64,000 nucleotides of DNA from a virus (IMGVR_UViG_3300027129_000004:24107-88106); one strand, 5' to 3'. Counted from the stretch's first letter, positions 1 through 8,300 are shown. Numbers and translations: made by a program. The notes: generated by a model from the letters alone, not told the origin.

Positions 1-31
1 TTATTCGTATTCCATTACATCGGTGTAAGAA

Positions 32-247
32 ATGATACATAAATGGACTACTGGAAATCCTAAAGAAAGTGGATATTATTGTTGTTTATATTATAATATA
101 AGACCCGATGGATATTTCTACAAACACATCTATTGGTGCGAAAAGAGAAAAAACTGGATTTCTTGGAGAAATCCTTTTAGTTCTTGTTTGCATCACTTTC
201 AGGTTGTAAAGTTTGCAGAAGAAACCAGGAGTAATTTTTACCCGTGA
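32..247 (+). CDS. hypothetical protein
   Basis: 71 aa ORF, phage-like N-terminus (W..G.P.ESGYY), co-oriented with the run. Confidence 0.6.
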   Translation: MIHKWTTGNPKESGYYCCLYYNIRPDGYFYKHIYWCEKRKNWISWRNPFSSCLHHFQVVKFAEETRSNFYP

Positions 248-265
248 ATATATGGAGAATGAGAA

Positions 266-637
266 ATGACTAATCCCTTAATTCAAAAATATTATGAGAT
301 TTATCCAGAAAAGAAAGAAGAACCAAAGAAAGAAGAATCAAAGAAAGAGGAGTATGAACTTACACTTGAATTTTTTGAGGAACTAAAAAAACTAAATTCA
401 ACTAATATTTCAGTCGCATCCAATCTCACAACTCCATCAGTAGCAACATCAAACACAGGTATTACAAAAATCAAATCCTACGACAAATACAGTGGGAATG
501 ATGCTTTCTTAGAATTGGCAGAAAAAGTAAAGAATGGAACCGCACAAGTAAAATGTGTATCTTTAGAGGTTGATGCTATTGGATGTTTCAGTTGTGGTAA
601 AAGAATAACCTTTGAGGTTTATGATTATGAACCTTGA
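266..637 (+). CDS. hypothetical protein
   Basis: 123 aa ORF with GGAG RBS. Confidence 0.7.
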   Translation: MTNPLIQKYYEIYPEKKEEPKKEESKKEEYELTLEFFEELKKLNSTNISVASNLTTPSVATSNTGITKIKSYDKYSGNDAFLELAEKVKNGTAQVKCVSLEVDAIGCFSCGKRITFEVYDYEP

Positions 638-719
638 AGAACTCCAAAAGTTCTTGGATGATAATAAAATCACACTTGAAGAGTATATGAGAGCAAATAT
701 GATTCTGATGAAGAGATGA
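627..719 (+). pseudogene. short or frameshifted paralog of the 1003-1161 ORF
   Basis: MNLEELQKFLDDNKITLEEYMRANMI matches the 1003 ORF; a 1-nt deletion (ATT-CTGATGAAG vs ATTACTGATGAAG) ends the frame early. Confidence 0.5.
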
Positions 720-748
720 ATTTTATGGTATTTTGAATAGAGGTTATT

Positions 749-1006
749 ATGACTAAACTTGAACTTACACAAGAACAAAGAGAATTTCTTGAAAATGAAT
801 TCAAGAGCATTCCTCAAGATATTGTAAAAGAAAATCAAACATTCACTACAATAGAGGGTATTGAAAACCAATTGAAAAAAACTGAAGAACAGATTGAATT
901 GGAAAATCCACAGTATCAAGATATTAGTGGTGTTATGACTTTTTATGGGTGTATGAGGAATGGAAAGTATAGTGTAAATAGATTTTTTGTACCTATAACA
1001 AAATGA
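749..1006 (+). CDS. hypothetical protein
   Basis: 85 aa ORF, GAGG RBS. Confidence 0.7.
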   Translation: MTKLELTQEQREFLENEFKSIPQDIVKENQTFTTIEGIENQLKKTEEQIELENPQYQDISGVMTFYGCMRNGKYSVNRFFVPITK

Positions 1007-1161
1007 CTGATGAAGTAAAAGAACTCCAAAAGTTCTTGGATGATAATAACATCACCTTTGAAGAGTATATGAGAGCAAATATGATTACTGATGAAGAACG
1101 GAAATATCTTGATAAGATATGGATGGATGCGATTTATAAGAACTTGGGTGAGAACACTTGA
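1003..1161 (+). CDS. hypothetical protein (52 aa)
   Basis: translated by hand (MTDEVKELQKFLDD...); ATGA overlap with previous gene; stop lies inside the palindrome at 1150. Confidence 0.7.
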   Translation: MTDEVKELQKFLDDNNITFEEYMRANMITDEERKYLDKIWMDAIYKNLGENT

Positions 1162-1208
1162 AGAACTGGCACAGGGGATTCTCTGGATGCCTCTTTAGGT
1201 GGTATGAT
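1150..1208 (+). promoter_or_regulatory. early promoter element: 24-bp palindrome + -10 box
   Basis: GAGAACACT-TGAAGA-ACTGGCACA, 29 nt, TATGAT. Confidence 0.75.
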
Positions 1209-1230
1209 AGTCTCATACGCAACCAAACCG

Positions 1231-1404
1231 ATGGACTACGAAACTCACATCGACATCCACCAGTATTTCCCTGATGATAGATTTTATTACAAACTCAAAG
1301 TCACAGATGTAATGAATATGGATTACTACTATGAGGGTAGTGCTAAAACTCTTGATGATGTTATGGATTGTATCAAACTTCACCTCAAACAACACCAGAA
1401 CTGA
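1231..1404 (+). CDS. hypothetical protein
   Basis: first ATG downstream of the promoter, in ORF 1204-1404. Confidence 0.7.
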   Translation: MDYETHIDIHQYFPDDRFYYKLKVTDVMNMDYYYEGSAKTLDDVMDCIKLHLKQHQN

Positions 1405-1405
1405 A

Positions 1406-1570
1406 ATGACTGAACAACCAAAACTCTACGAAATGAGTGTAGAAGAAGTCAAAGAGTATCTAAAAACTCAATCAAAACCACAAAGTTCTTATCAACCAGA
1501 AAAGAAAAAGAAACCAGAAGAACCACCTCAATACTTTTACGACATTTCTACAAATCTTTTTGTTGGATGA
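1406..1570 (+). CDS. hypothetical protein
   Basis: MTEQPKLYEMS..., starts at AACTGAAATGACT junction. Confidence 0.65.
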   Translation: MTEQPKLYEMSVEEVKEYLKTQSKPQSSYQPEKKKKPEEPPQYFYDISTNLFVG

Positions 1571-1896
1571 TTGACCTTTCACAACTGACCGAAGAACAAC
1601 TCAACGAACTTCAACTTCAAATCCAAAAGCATAAGGAACAACAGAAGACAAAGGATGCTCTGGAAAATCTACAAGGTTATAAAGTAACTTTTTATATTAG
1701 GTTTGACCCTGAAAAGCATAAGAATCATGATATGCTTACAAATGATGGAGAACTTGACCCGAACATTTTTGCTGATTATCTGTGTGATAATCTTGTTACA
1801 GACCTGATTAGGGATTTTGAATTGTATGGTTATGAGGATGTGAATTATCCTACTGTGGAAGTAGCAACAAAACAAGAAATTGAAGAGAAATTTTGA
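1567..1896 (+). CDS. hypothetical protein
   Basis: 109 aa, ATGA overlap. Confidence 0.75.
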   Translation: MIDLSQLTEEQLNELQLQIQKHKEQQKTKDALENLQGYKVTFYIRFDPEKHKNHDMLTNDGELDPNIFADYLCDNLVTDLIRDFELYGYEDVNYPTVEVATKQEIEEKF

Positions 1897-1905
1897 GGAA
1901 CTGAA

Positions 1906-2229
1906 ATGACTGCCTTCACTTACAAAGGATACGGACGCATCTACACTAATCCAGAGAATATTCAAGATGTAGAACAAATCATTCAAGAACTTGATGAGTT
2001 TGAGTGGGGTTATTATACAGGAGGACTTGTAGCATCTTGGGATATGTATCCAAATGTTGAGTATGTTGGTAAGTTTGAACTGAATGAAGAAAAGTTCAAA
2101 CAAATCTGTAAAGAACGAAACATTCCTGTTTTTGTCTTTAATGCTTATGATAATGATTATCCTCGTGGTTATGTCAAAACTTTGAATAAAGAAGAAATCA
2201 AAACACTTTCTTATGGAGAACTGAAATGA
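1906..2229 (+). CDS. hypothetical protein
   Basis: 107 aa, GAGG RBS. Confidence 0.75.
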   Translation: MTAFTYKGYGRIYTNPENIQDVEQIIQELDEFEWGYYTGGLVASWDMYPNVEYVGKFELNEEKFKQICKERNIPVFVFNAYDNDYPRGYVKTLNKEEIKTLSYGELK

Positions 2230-2432
2230 CTACGCAAATCACCAAAGAACAACTGAATCAACTTTGGAATGCGATTGAATACACACGGGGAACGATTGGA
2301 AATGGTTGTGTAATTGAAAGTACGGAAAAACCTGATTGGGTGCTCATTCATAAAGATAGGGCACATCAATCCAGAGAGTTTCTAAATCAAGCAAAAGACC
2401 TTGTAAATCAACTCAAAGCACAACTGAAATGA
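2226..2432 (+). CDS. hypothetical protein
   Basis: 68 aa, coupled ATGA. Confidence 0.7.
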   Translation: MTTQITKEQLNQLWNAIEYTRGTIGNGCVIESTEKPDWVLIHKDRAHQSREFLNQAKDLVNQLKAQLK

Positions 2433-2656
2433 CTAACGAAGAAAAACTCAATCTTCTCCTCAAGGTTCTCAAAGAAGTAGCAGAGGTAAAACACTGCTAT
2501 GAAGGTCTATTTGGAGATGATTATACTCCAAGTGCTGGTAGTTATGATGATGCCTTTGAAGATGGTTGTGCTTATGGTGAGATTACCTTTGCCCGCACTA
2601 TGTTAGAATGTATTGGTGAAAAGTTTGAGTATCCTTGTATGAAAGAAAATGACTGA
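2429..2656 (+). CDS. hypothetical protein
   Basis: 75 aa, coupled ATGA. Confidence 0.7.
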   Translation: MTNEEKLNLLLKVLKEVAEVKHCYEGLFGDDYTPSAGSYDDAFEDGCAYGEITFARTMLECIGEKFEYPCMKEND

Positions 2657-2831
2657 ACGAGTAAAATTCACACACATCACACGAGTGATTGGACCAAAAT
2701 CAGGTATTCATTATTTGGATGCTATTGATGAGAATGGACAACACTGGACTGCTGAAATGTCTCACGGTGTAGAACCTTGGATTGTTTATACTTCTAATTG
2801 GAAAAAAGACCCACAACAACCTTATGACTAA
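2649..2831 (+). CDS. hypothetical protein
   Basis: 60 aa, overlapping neighbours; HYLDAIDENGQHW motif. Confidence 0.7.
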   Translation: MTERVKFTHITRVIGPKSGIHYLDAIDENGQHWTAEMSHGVEPWIVYTSNWKKDPQQPYD

Positions 2832-3075
2832 ACATCCTACGAACGATTGGAACTTTCACGATGACGCAGAGGATGCCTTTGTAAAGTGGTTTAATGACTT
2901 TTATAGTCCTTATACTTTTCGTAGTGAGTGGTTTTATGGGGACTGTAAAGTAGAAGACGAAAAGACCCGTGAGGACATTATGTATGGTTGGATACACGCA
3001 TCTTTTGTTGCTGGTTGGGAAGCAGCAAACTATGCTAAACTGGAGGAGGAAGTAGGACTTACTGATAATGAGTGA
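2824..3075 (+). CDS. hypothetical protein
   Basis: ATG at 2824 within ORF 2782-3075. Confidence 0.7.
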   Translation: MTKHPTNDWNFHDDAEDAFVKWFNDFYSPYTFRSEWFYGDCKVEDEKTREDIMYGWIHASFVAGWEAANYAKLEEEVGLTDNE

Positions 3076-3610
3076 TATAATCTACTACAAAAATGGTGAG
3101 GAAACATTTCGTATTTCTCCTTCAACTGTTGGAACCAAATGCCCTGAAACTAAACTTGAAATCAAAATGATTGAACAAAAATTCACACTTGAACTCACAC
3201 TTGACGAACTTCACATGCTTGATAAGTATGTTGAATATTGTGAAGAAACAAAAGAGTTTTTTGAAAAACTTAAGAATGCTTATCCTAAACCAAAATCACC
3301 AATAGAAGAAGCATATAAGGACTGGTGTGGTGAGTATCCATTAGGTTCTCCAAGTGAAGACGCAAGGTGGGGTGCTTTTTTAGCAGGTTATCGAGTAACA
3401 CAACCAAAAGCAGTTCCAGTTGATGACCCTCCCGAATATGATGAAATTGAACACGATATTAGTGAAAATGTAGAAAATAAAACAATCCGTCAGGTGATAG
3501 ACCGATGGTGGATGGATACATTCACATCTAAAAATATGTGGTCTGTTAATGAATGTATTGATGACCTTGCTGACCAAATTCAATTTTGGATTTTGAGGAA
3601 TAAGAAATGA
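3068..3610 (+). CDS. hypothetical protein, mosaic family member
   Basis: 180 aa; shares modules with the 3607, 6347 and 8055 ORFs. Confidence 0.75.
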   Translation: MSDIIYYKNGEETFRISPSTVGTKCPETKLEIKMIEQKFTLELTLDELHMLDKYVEYCEETKEFFEKLKNAYPKPKSPIEEAYKDWCGEYPLGSPSEDARWGAFLAGYRVTQPKAVPVDDPPEYDEIEHDISENVENKTIRQVIDRWWMDTFTSKNMWSVNECIDDLADQIQFWILRNKK

Positions 3611-4422
3611 CTAACCCAATTGAAGAACTAAAAGAAAAAATTGCTACGATGCAACATAACCTCAAAGTATTGGAGCAACTTGAAGCAAGCACAACAGATG
3701 TAGAAAAGGCATACAGGGATGCCTACGGACATTATCCAGAAACAAGTAGTTTTGCTGTAAGTGATTGGGATGTTATAAGTTGGGAAGCATTCCAGAAGGG
3801 TTATGAGGCAGCACAACCAAAAGAAGTTTCAGTAGAAGAACAAACAAAACCGATGGAGGAAGTTGTGGATAGGTTGGAGAACAAATGGAATTCTGCAGCA
3901 GAGAATTCTGCAGCAGAGAATTCTGCTTATTATATTACTGATGAAGTAGTTGATAGGTTGATAAAACAACAACAAGCACAAAAACTCTACAATAGATTGT
4001 ATGATGAACCAGAGCATTATGATGAAGTGGAGTGGGATGAGAAGGATAATCCAAAACCTATGAATGAGGTTCTGGATAGGTTGGAGAATAAGTGGAATTC
4101 TGCGACAGAGAATTCTGCTTCTTATATTACTGATGAAGTTGTGAATAGAATGTTGAAGAAGTGGGAGGAAAATCCACCAGAGTTCTTGAAGTTTGAGTTG
4201 GGGGAAACCCTAGAAACCCGAATTTATAAGTGGTGGACTACTTGCTATAGCAAACACTGGACTATTGATGAGTGTACTGCAGATTTACTGGATATTGTAG
4301 AATTATTTCTTCCACGAGAACAATCGGCAGAGGGGTCTCAAAATATCAATACCGAAGTTGCTGTAGAAGCACATAATGAACTTTTGCAGAAAATCAAATC
4401 AAAATTGAGGAATAAGAAATGA
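3607..4422 (+). CDS. hypothetical protein with internal repeats, mosaic family member
   Basis: 271 aa; KPM.EV.DRLENKWNSA.ENSA.YITDEVV twice; 15-bp tandem GAATTCTGCAGCAGA. Confidence 0.8.
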   Translation: MTNPIEELKEKIATMQHNLKVLEQLEASTTDVEKAYRDAYGHYPETSSFAVSDWDVISWEAFQKGYEAAQPKEVSVEEQTKPMEEVVDRLENKWNSAAENSAAENSAYYITDEVVDRLIKQQQAQKLYNRLYDEPEHYDEVEWDEKDNPKPMNEVLDRLENKWNSATENSASYITDEVVNRMLKKWEENPPEFLKFELGETLETRIYKWWTTCYSKHWTIDECTADLLDIVELFLPREQSAEGSQNINTEVAVEAHNELLQKIKSKLRNKK

Positions 4423-4619
4423 AACTCCACGAACGACTTACGGAATGGTATTATACTCACGATGCCGTTCAATCTGGTGATGTAATCGCAAATGAGATTG
4501 TGAATGTTGTGAAAGAATGGTTGAAAAATTACCATAAAGAAGACAACAACAAATACGATTTTGACTATTTCAGTGGATGGGCAGATTGTATTGATATTTT
4601 AGAGAGAGATTTGAGATGA
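4419..4619 (+). CDS. hypothetical protein
   Basis: 66 aa, coupled. Confidence 0.7.
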   Translation: MKLHERLTEWYYTHDAVQSGDVIANEIVNVVKEWLKNYHKEDNNKYDFDYFSGWADCIDILERDLR

Positions 4620-4843
4620 GATACAATCCAGCAGATTGGGATACTTATACTCAAAAACAAAGAAAAGAGTGGCATTACAAACCATATGAAGAACAACGAG
4701 AGATTATAAATCAATCATATCTCTCAATTATTACTGATGAGAATGGAAATCTTGATGCTTTGAAAATCCTTGAGATTATTATGGATTTACAAGACCGAGT
4801 AGAAGACCTTGAAACAGAATGTGTGAGGAAGGATTATTTCTAA
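4616..4843 (+). CDS. hypothetical protein
   Basis: 75 aa, coupled. Confidence 0.7.
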   Translation: MRYNPADWDTYTQKQRKEWHYKPYEEQREIINQSYLSIITDENGNLDALKILEIIMDLQDRVEDLETECVRKDYF

Positions 4844-4992
4844 TGACCGAACAATACGGGAATCTTCCTGATGGTTTCTTTCTTTCTGAAAAGGGGATTG
4901 AAGACTTGAGAAACTCTAAAAAAGAATTGACGACTTATGGTAGAGAGAAACTGAGAGAACTTATTGAAAAGCAGAAGAAAGAGGACACCTGA
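4843..4992 (+). CDS. hypothetical protein (49 aa), duplicated at 7418
   Basis: MTEQYGNLPDGFFLSEKGIEDLRNSKKELTTYGREKLRELIEKQKKEDT; 147/150 nt identical to 7418-7567. Confidence 0.75.
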   Translation: MTEQYGNLPDGFFLSEKGIEDLRNSKKELTTYGREKLRELIEKQKKEDT

Positions 4993-5301
4993 CGAACGTA
5001 TTAAAGGCAAACTGTAATGTACAAAATTCTTTTACTGGAAGGACCTGATGGTAATAGGTATAAGGGAACTCTCTTACATACAGGCATTTGGTCCGTAGAA
5101 AAATTTGCAAATTTGAGATCATCTGTCTGGTGGGACACCGAAAAACAAGGTTATTGGGGGAGTAATATTTCTTACACTGACGAAGAGTTAAAAGAAACAT
5201 TCGTTATTTTAGCAGAAAGTGAAACCTATATTCATCCGTCCAACTTCATTATTCACGATGGACGATGAAAAACTCTTGGATCTGTAGGACACCTGACGAA
5301 C
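4982..5301 (+). mobile_element. 304-bp single-gene insertion flanked by a 16-bp direct repeat
   Basis: AGGACACCTGACGAAC at 4982-4997 and 5286-5301; uninterrupted equivalent site at 7556-7579. Confidence 0.6.
5017..5268 (+). CDS. hypothetical protein (insertion cargo)
   Basis: 83 aa ORF between the direct repeats. Confidence 0.7.
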   Translation: MYKILLLEGPDGNRYKGTLLHTGIWSVEKFANLRSSVWWDTEKQGYWGSNISYTDEELKETFVILAESETYIHPSNFIIHDGR

Positions 5302-5343
5302 TGGCACAAGATCCCTCCACAGGGGCACCAGATGCCCTATAAT
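5285..5343 (+). promoter_or_regulatory. early promoter element
   Basis: TAGGACACC-TGACGA-ACTGGCACA, 29 nt, TATAAT. Confidence 0.8.
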
Positions 5344-5366
5344 AGTCTCATACACACAGAACCCTG

Positions 5367-5756
5367 ATGAAACCCTTTGATTACTACTCCAAACCCCAAA
5401 CTGTTTATCCCAACAAAAAGGATTACATCACCTCTTATGTTTATGATAAGGGTGTAGTTCTTTGGTCTGGTCCTACTTGGGAAAAGGATAAAGCAGAACT
5501 AAAAGAAGAATATCCTAATGCTCTCATTCAAGAAATTTTGGATGAGGACGCATACAAGGCACAACGCAAAAAATATACTGATGAAGAGTTTAATCTTCAA
5601 GTACAGTTCCAGAATGATTTGTTTGAAGATTATGGTGTGACTGATAATCCTAAAAGGTTCATGTGTTTTGACCTTGCTTGGGAACAGGGACACGCTTATG
5701 GTCTTGAAGAAGTGTATAATAAGTTTGATGACTTGGTGGAACTTATTAAGGATTGA
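5367..5756 (+). CDS. hypothetical protein
   Basis: 129 aa; C-terminal LAWEQGHAYGLEEV motif of a phage hypothetical family. Confidence 0.8.
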   Translation: MKPFDYYSKPQTVYPNKKDYITSYVYDKGVVLWSGPTWEKDKAELKEEYPNALIQEILDEDAYKAQRKKYTDEEFNLQVQFQNDLFEDYGVTDNPKRFMCFDLAWEQGHAYGLEEVYNKFDDLVELIKD

Positions 5757-5813
5757 GGACACTTGATGAACTGGCACAGGGGATTCTCTGGGTGCCTCTG
5801 GATGGTGTATAAT
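5755..5813 (+). promoter_or_regulatory. early promoter element
   Basis: GAGGACACT-TGATGA-ACTGGCACA, 29 nt, TATAAT. Confidence 0.8.
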
Positions 5814-5901
5814 ACTCCTATACACCCAGAGAATGTGAGTATTCTCATATCACACAAGAACTCATCACCCAAACCGCAGAGGACATTCTATCTTTTTACA
5901 A

Positions 5902-6081
5902 ATGACTGAACGCAACTTCAAGAAAGAACTCTCTCACTCTGTTTATTATGATATGGAGGATGGGAATGATACTGAAACCATTTGTTATCCTTCCTTGATT
6001 TCTATTATCACAGAGTTGTGTGATAGAATTGAACAACTTGAAAAATCTCAACATACACACTCGGAAATGAACAATGACTGA
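5902..6081 (+). CDS. hypothetical protein (59 aa), paralog of 6873
   Basis: MTERNFKKELSHSVYYDMEDGNDTETI vs MTERNLKQQLQYSYYEDMEDGRTTETI. Confidence 0.75.
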   Translation: MTERNFKKELSHSVYYDMEDGNDTETICYPSLISIITELCDRIEQLEKSQHTHSEMNND

Positions 6082-6241
6082 AAACAAACTGAAAATTGAA
6101 CAAGAAGTGATTGATGACCTCTATTTTCAAATGAATGTCAATAAACCAAAAAAAAGATCCCAACAATTACTTGAAGAAGGTCTAATCAAAAAGGCATATT
6201 TGATGGGGTATTATGAATGTGAATGTAAGAACCAAAAATGA
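6074..6241 (+). CDS. hypothetical protein (55 aa)
   Basis: hand-translated MTENKLKIEQEVIDDLYFQ..., overlaps neighbours. Confidence 0.6.
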   Translation: MTENKLKIEQEVIDDLYFQMNVNKPKKRSQQLLEEGLIKKAYLMGYYECECKNQK

Positions 6242-6346
6242 AACACTCACCATACACACTTGGAATAATCACGGGATTTTGTATTGCTGCTCTGTATTTT
6301 ATGGCACCTGGTATCTTTGAGAGTTTCAAACAACCAGAAGCAAGTT

Positions 6347-6685
6347 ATGAAACAAATAGAAGAGTATCCTTATAAAAAATATACACCAGATGAAGTTGCT
6401 GATGAAGTAGAGTGGGATGAGAAAGATAATCCTGCTTCAATTGGATTCAAAATTGCCGATGAAGTTGTGAATAGGTTGGTGAAAAAACACCAAGCACAAA
6501 AACTTTTTAATAGATTGGTAGATGAACTTGGTTTCGAGTTTGATACTTGTAATGATATTGTAGATTTGGTGGAAGACTGGATTTTAGAAGAACAAAGTGC
6601 TTCTGGTTCGCAGAATGTGAATACTGAATTGCTTGTTGAGGGATTTAATGACGCAATACGCAAAATGAAAGAGATGTTGCGATGA
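6347..6685 (+). CDS. hypothetical protein, mosaic family member
   Basis: shares DEVEWDEKDNP, QAQKL.NRL and EQSA.GSQN.NTE with 3607-4422. Confidence 0.75.
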   Translation: MKQIEEYPYKKYTPDEVADEVEWDEKDNPASIGFKIADEVVNRLVKKHQAQKLFNRLVDELGFEFDTCNDIVDLVEDWILEEQSASGSQNVNTELLVEGFNDAIRKMKEMLR

Positions 6686-6691
6686 CTGAAA

Positions 6692-6880
6692 ATGACTAAA
6701 AAGAAAGACACTTGGAAAAAGTGGAACATCTATACCTCAATCCATCTCTTTGAGTATTGTGTGTATAGTTGGAGAAATCATATGTGGAACCATCTTGATG
6801 GATATCCAAATGAAGAGAGAATGAGAAACCTATTCTGGTATTATTTGAACTACGGACACGCAAACACTTATTATGACTGA
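6692..6880 (+). CDS. hypothetical protein
   Basis: 62 aa, Trp/Tyr rich. Confidence 0.65.
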   Translation: MTKKKDTWKKWNIYTSIHLFEYCVYSWRNHMWNHLDGYPNEERMRNLFWYYLNYGHANTYYD

Positions 6881-7055
6881 ACGAAACCTAAAACAACAAC
6901 TCCAGTATTCCTACTATGAGGATATGGAGGATGGTAGAACAACTGAAACGATTGATTATGATGCCTTGATTGAAATTATTGATGATTTGTATGATAAAAT
7001 TGAAACACTTCAAAGGGATAATGAATTCCTGAAATCTTATGCTTGGGAACAATGA
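6873..7055 (+). CDS. hypothetical protein
   Basis: 60 aa, paralog of 5902. Confidence 0.75.
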   Translation: MTERNLKQQLQYSYYEDMEDGRTTETIDYDALIEIIDDLYDKIETLQRDNEFLKSYAWEQ

Positions 7056-7246
7056 CTGACGAACAAATCTGCGAAATGGTTAATAGGCACCGATACCTTA
7101 TGAGGTGTGAGATTAAACACGCACTTGATAAATTTTGTGCTGAAAATGGGAACCAAGACTTCAGCACTGCCAATCGTTCAGAAGCATTCAACGATACAAA
7201 ATGGATTGAATTTGCTAAATGGTTCAAGGAGATAAGAGATGAATGA
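7052..7246 (+). CDS. hypothetical protein
   Basis: coupled ATGA start within ORF 7043-7246. Confidence 0.65.
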   Translation: MTDEQICEMVNRHRYLMRCEIKHALDKFCAENGNQDFSTANRSEAFNDTKWIEFAKWFKEIRDE

Positions 7247-7421
7247 AGAACTTTATATTCTTTATCTCAAACTTCGTGGTGGATATTGGAGAGTTAAGGA
7301 GGCATTTTCTATTTGGGGATTTTTGATGACCCATAGTTTGGAAAGATTAAATGAAAGATGTCACGGTTTAAATTGTTTTGATGAGTTTTATGCTACAATT
7401 AATGGTGGTTGGAAAAAATGA
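7239..7421 (+). CDS. hypothetical protein
   Basis: 60 aa, AAGGAG RBS. Confidence 0.65.
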   Translation: MNEELYILYLKLRGGYWRVKEAFSIWGFLMTHSLERLNERCHGLNCFDEFYATINGGWKK

Positions 7422-7567
7422 CCGAACAATACGGGAATCTTCCTGATGGTTTCTTTCTTTATGAAAGGGAGATTGAAGACTTGAGAAACTCTAAAAAAGA
7501 ATTGACGACTTATGGTAGAGAGAAACTGAGAGAACTTATTGAAAAGCAGAAGAAAGAGGACACCTGA
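7418..7567 (+). CDS. hypothetical protein (49 aa), duplicate of 4843
   Basis: differs from the 4843 copy by S15Y, K17R, G18E; stop inside the palindrome. Confidence 0.75.
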   Translation: MTEQYGNLPDGFFLYEREIEDLRNSKKELTTYGREKLRELIEKQKKEDT

Positions 7568-7614
7568 CCAACTGGCACAAGACCCCTCCACAGGGGCACC
7601 AGATGCCTTATAAT
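7556..7614 (+). promoter_or_regulatory. early promoter element
   Basis: GAGGACACC-TGACCA-ACTGGCACA, 29 nt, TATAAT. Confidence 0.8.
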
Positions 7615-7646
7615 AGTCTCATACACATAACAAATACTCTATTTTT

Positions 7647-7919
7647 ATGAACAAAGAACCACTCCAAGCAAAAGTATCCGACGAAGATTACCAAAAACTT
7701 CTTGATTACTTCAAAACTCAACTTGTTCAATCGGTTGTACCCAACAACCCTTTGAGTAAGGTTCAACAAACACGAACCATCTATTCCAAAATCAAAGAGA
7801 AAAATGTAGTAGAAGGTCTGGTTTCTTTTGATGGTGAAGAACCTGCTTGGGTTCCGATTGAAACCATCAACGGGATTTATTCCTTTATCAACAAAACCTT
7901 TGACAATTTTAACATTTGA
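7647..7919 (+). CDS. hypothetical protein
   Basis: 90 aa, directly after the promoter. Confidence 0.7.
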   Translation: MNKEPLQAKVSDEDYQKLLDYFKTQLVQSVVPNNPLSKVQQTRTIYSKIKEKNVVEGLVSFDGEEPAWVPIETINGIYSFINKTFDNFNI

Positions 7920-7928
7920 TAGTATAAT
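7900..7928 (+). promoter_or_regulatory. sigma70-type promoter for tRNA-Cys
   Basis: TTGACA-17 nt-TATAAT perfect consensus. Confidence 0.8.
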
Positions 7929-7939
7929 CGTCTGGTGCT

Positions 7940-8016
7940 GTGTCTGTGGACCGAGTGGTGAAGGCAACCGTCTGCAAAACGGTTAATCAACGTGGGTTCA
8001 AATCCCACCAGACACT
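7940..8016 (+). tRNA. tRNA-Cys (GCA)
   Basis: acceptor GTGTCTG/CAGACAC, anticodon arm ACCGT-CTGCAAA-ACGGT, T-arm GTGGG-TTCAAAT-CCCAC, U discriminator; no encoded CCA. Confidence 0.9.
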
Positions 8017-8054
8017 CTTATAAATTATGAGGCACTAAAGGAACTGAAATACAA

Positions 8055-8204
8055 ATGAGTGAAGACCTAATCTTCTATACAAATGGTAAAGAAACGTCCC
8101 GTATTCCTTCTCCAACTCTTGAAACTCTTACTCTTGGAACCAAAACACCAGAAACTAAACTTGAAATAGAAAAAACAATGGATAAAGAAGATACTGATAA
8201 ATAA
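8055..8204 (+). CDS. hypothetical protein (49 aa), possibly truncated homolog of the 3068 N-terminus
   Basis: IFYTNGKETSRIPS...GTKTPETKLEI vs IYYKNGEETFRISP...GTKCPETKLEI. Confidence 0.55.
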   Translation: MSEDLIFYTNGKETSRIPSPTLETLTLGTKTPETKLEIEKTMDKEDTDK

Positions 8205-8263
8205 TAGTGCTTATGTGTGTCGCAACCATAGCAGAGATTGGGTGCTTTCGGGCACCTTTTCTT
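8197..8263 (+). ncRNA. candidate late small RNA antisense to the endonuclease leader (with its promoter and terminator)
   Basis: ATAAATA, hairpin whose loop is complementary to 8276-8295, then GGTGCT-TTCG-GGCACC-TTTTCTT. Confidence 0.5.
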
Positions 8264-8264
8264 G

Positions 8265-8272
8265 TATAAATA
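8265..8272 (+). promoter_or_regulatory. T4-type late promoter
   Basis: TATAAATA 28 nt before the ATG. Confidence 0.75.
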
Positions 8273-8300
8273 CTATTGCGACACAACATAAAGCAGAACT

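Noticed and set aside
4843-7567. Duplicated ORF as a DGR template/variable repeat pair
   Set aside because: The three differences are not all at adenines of one copy, and no reverse transcriptase is in the window
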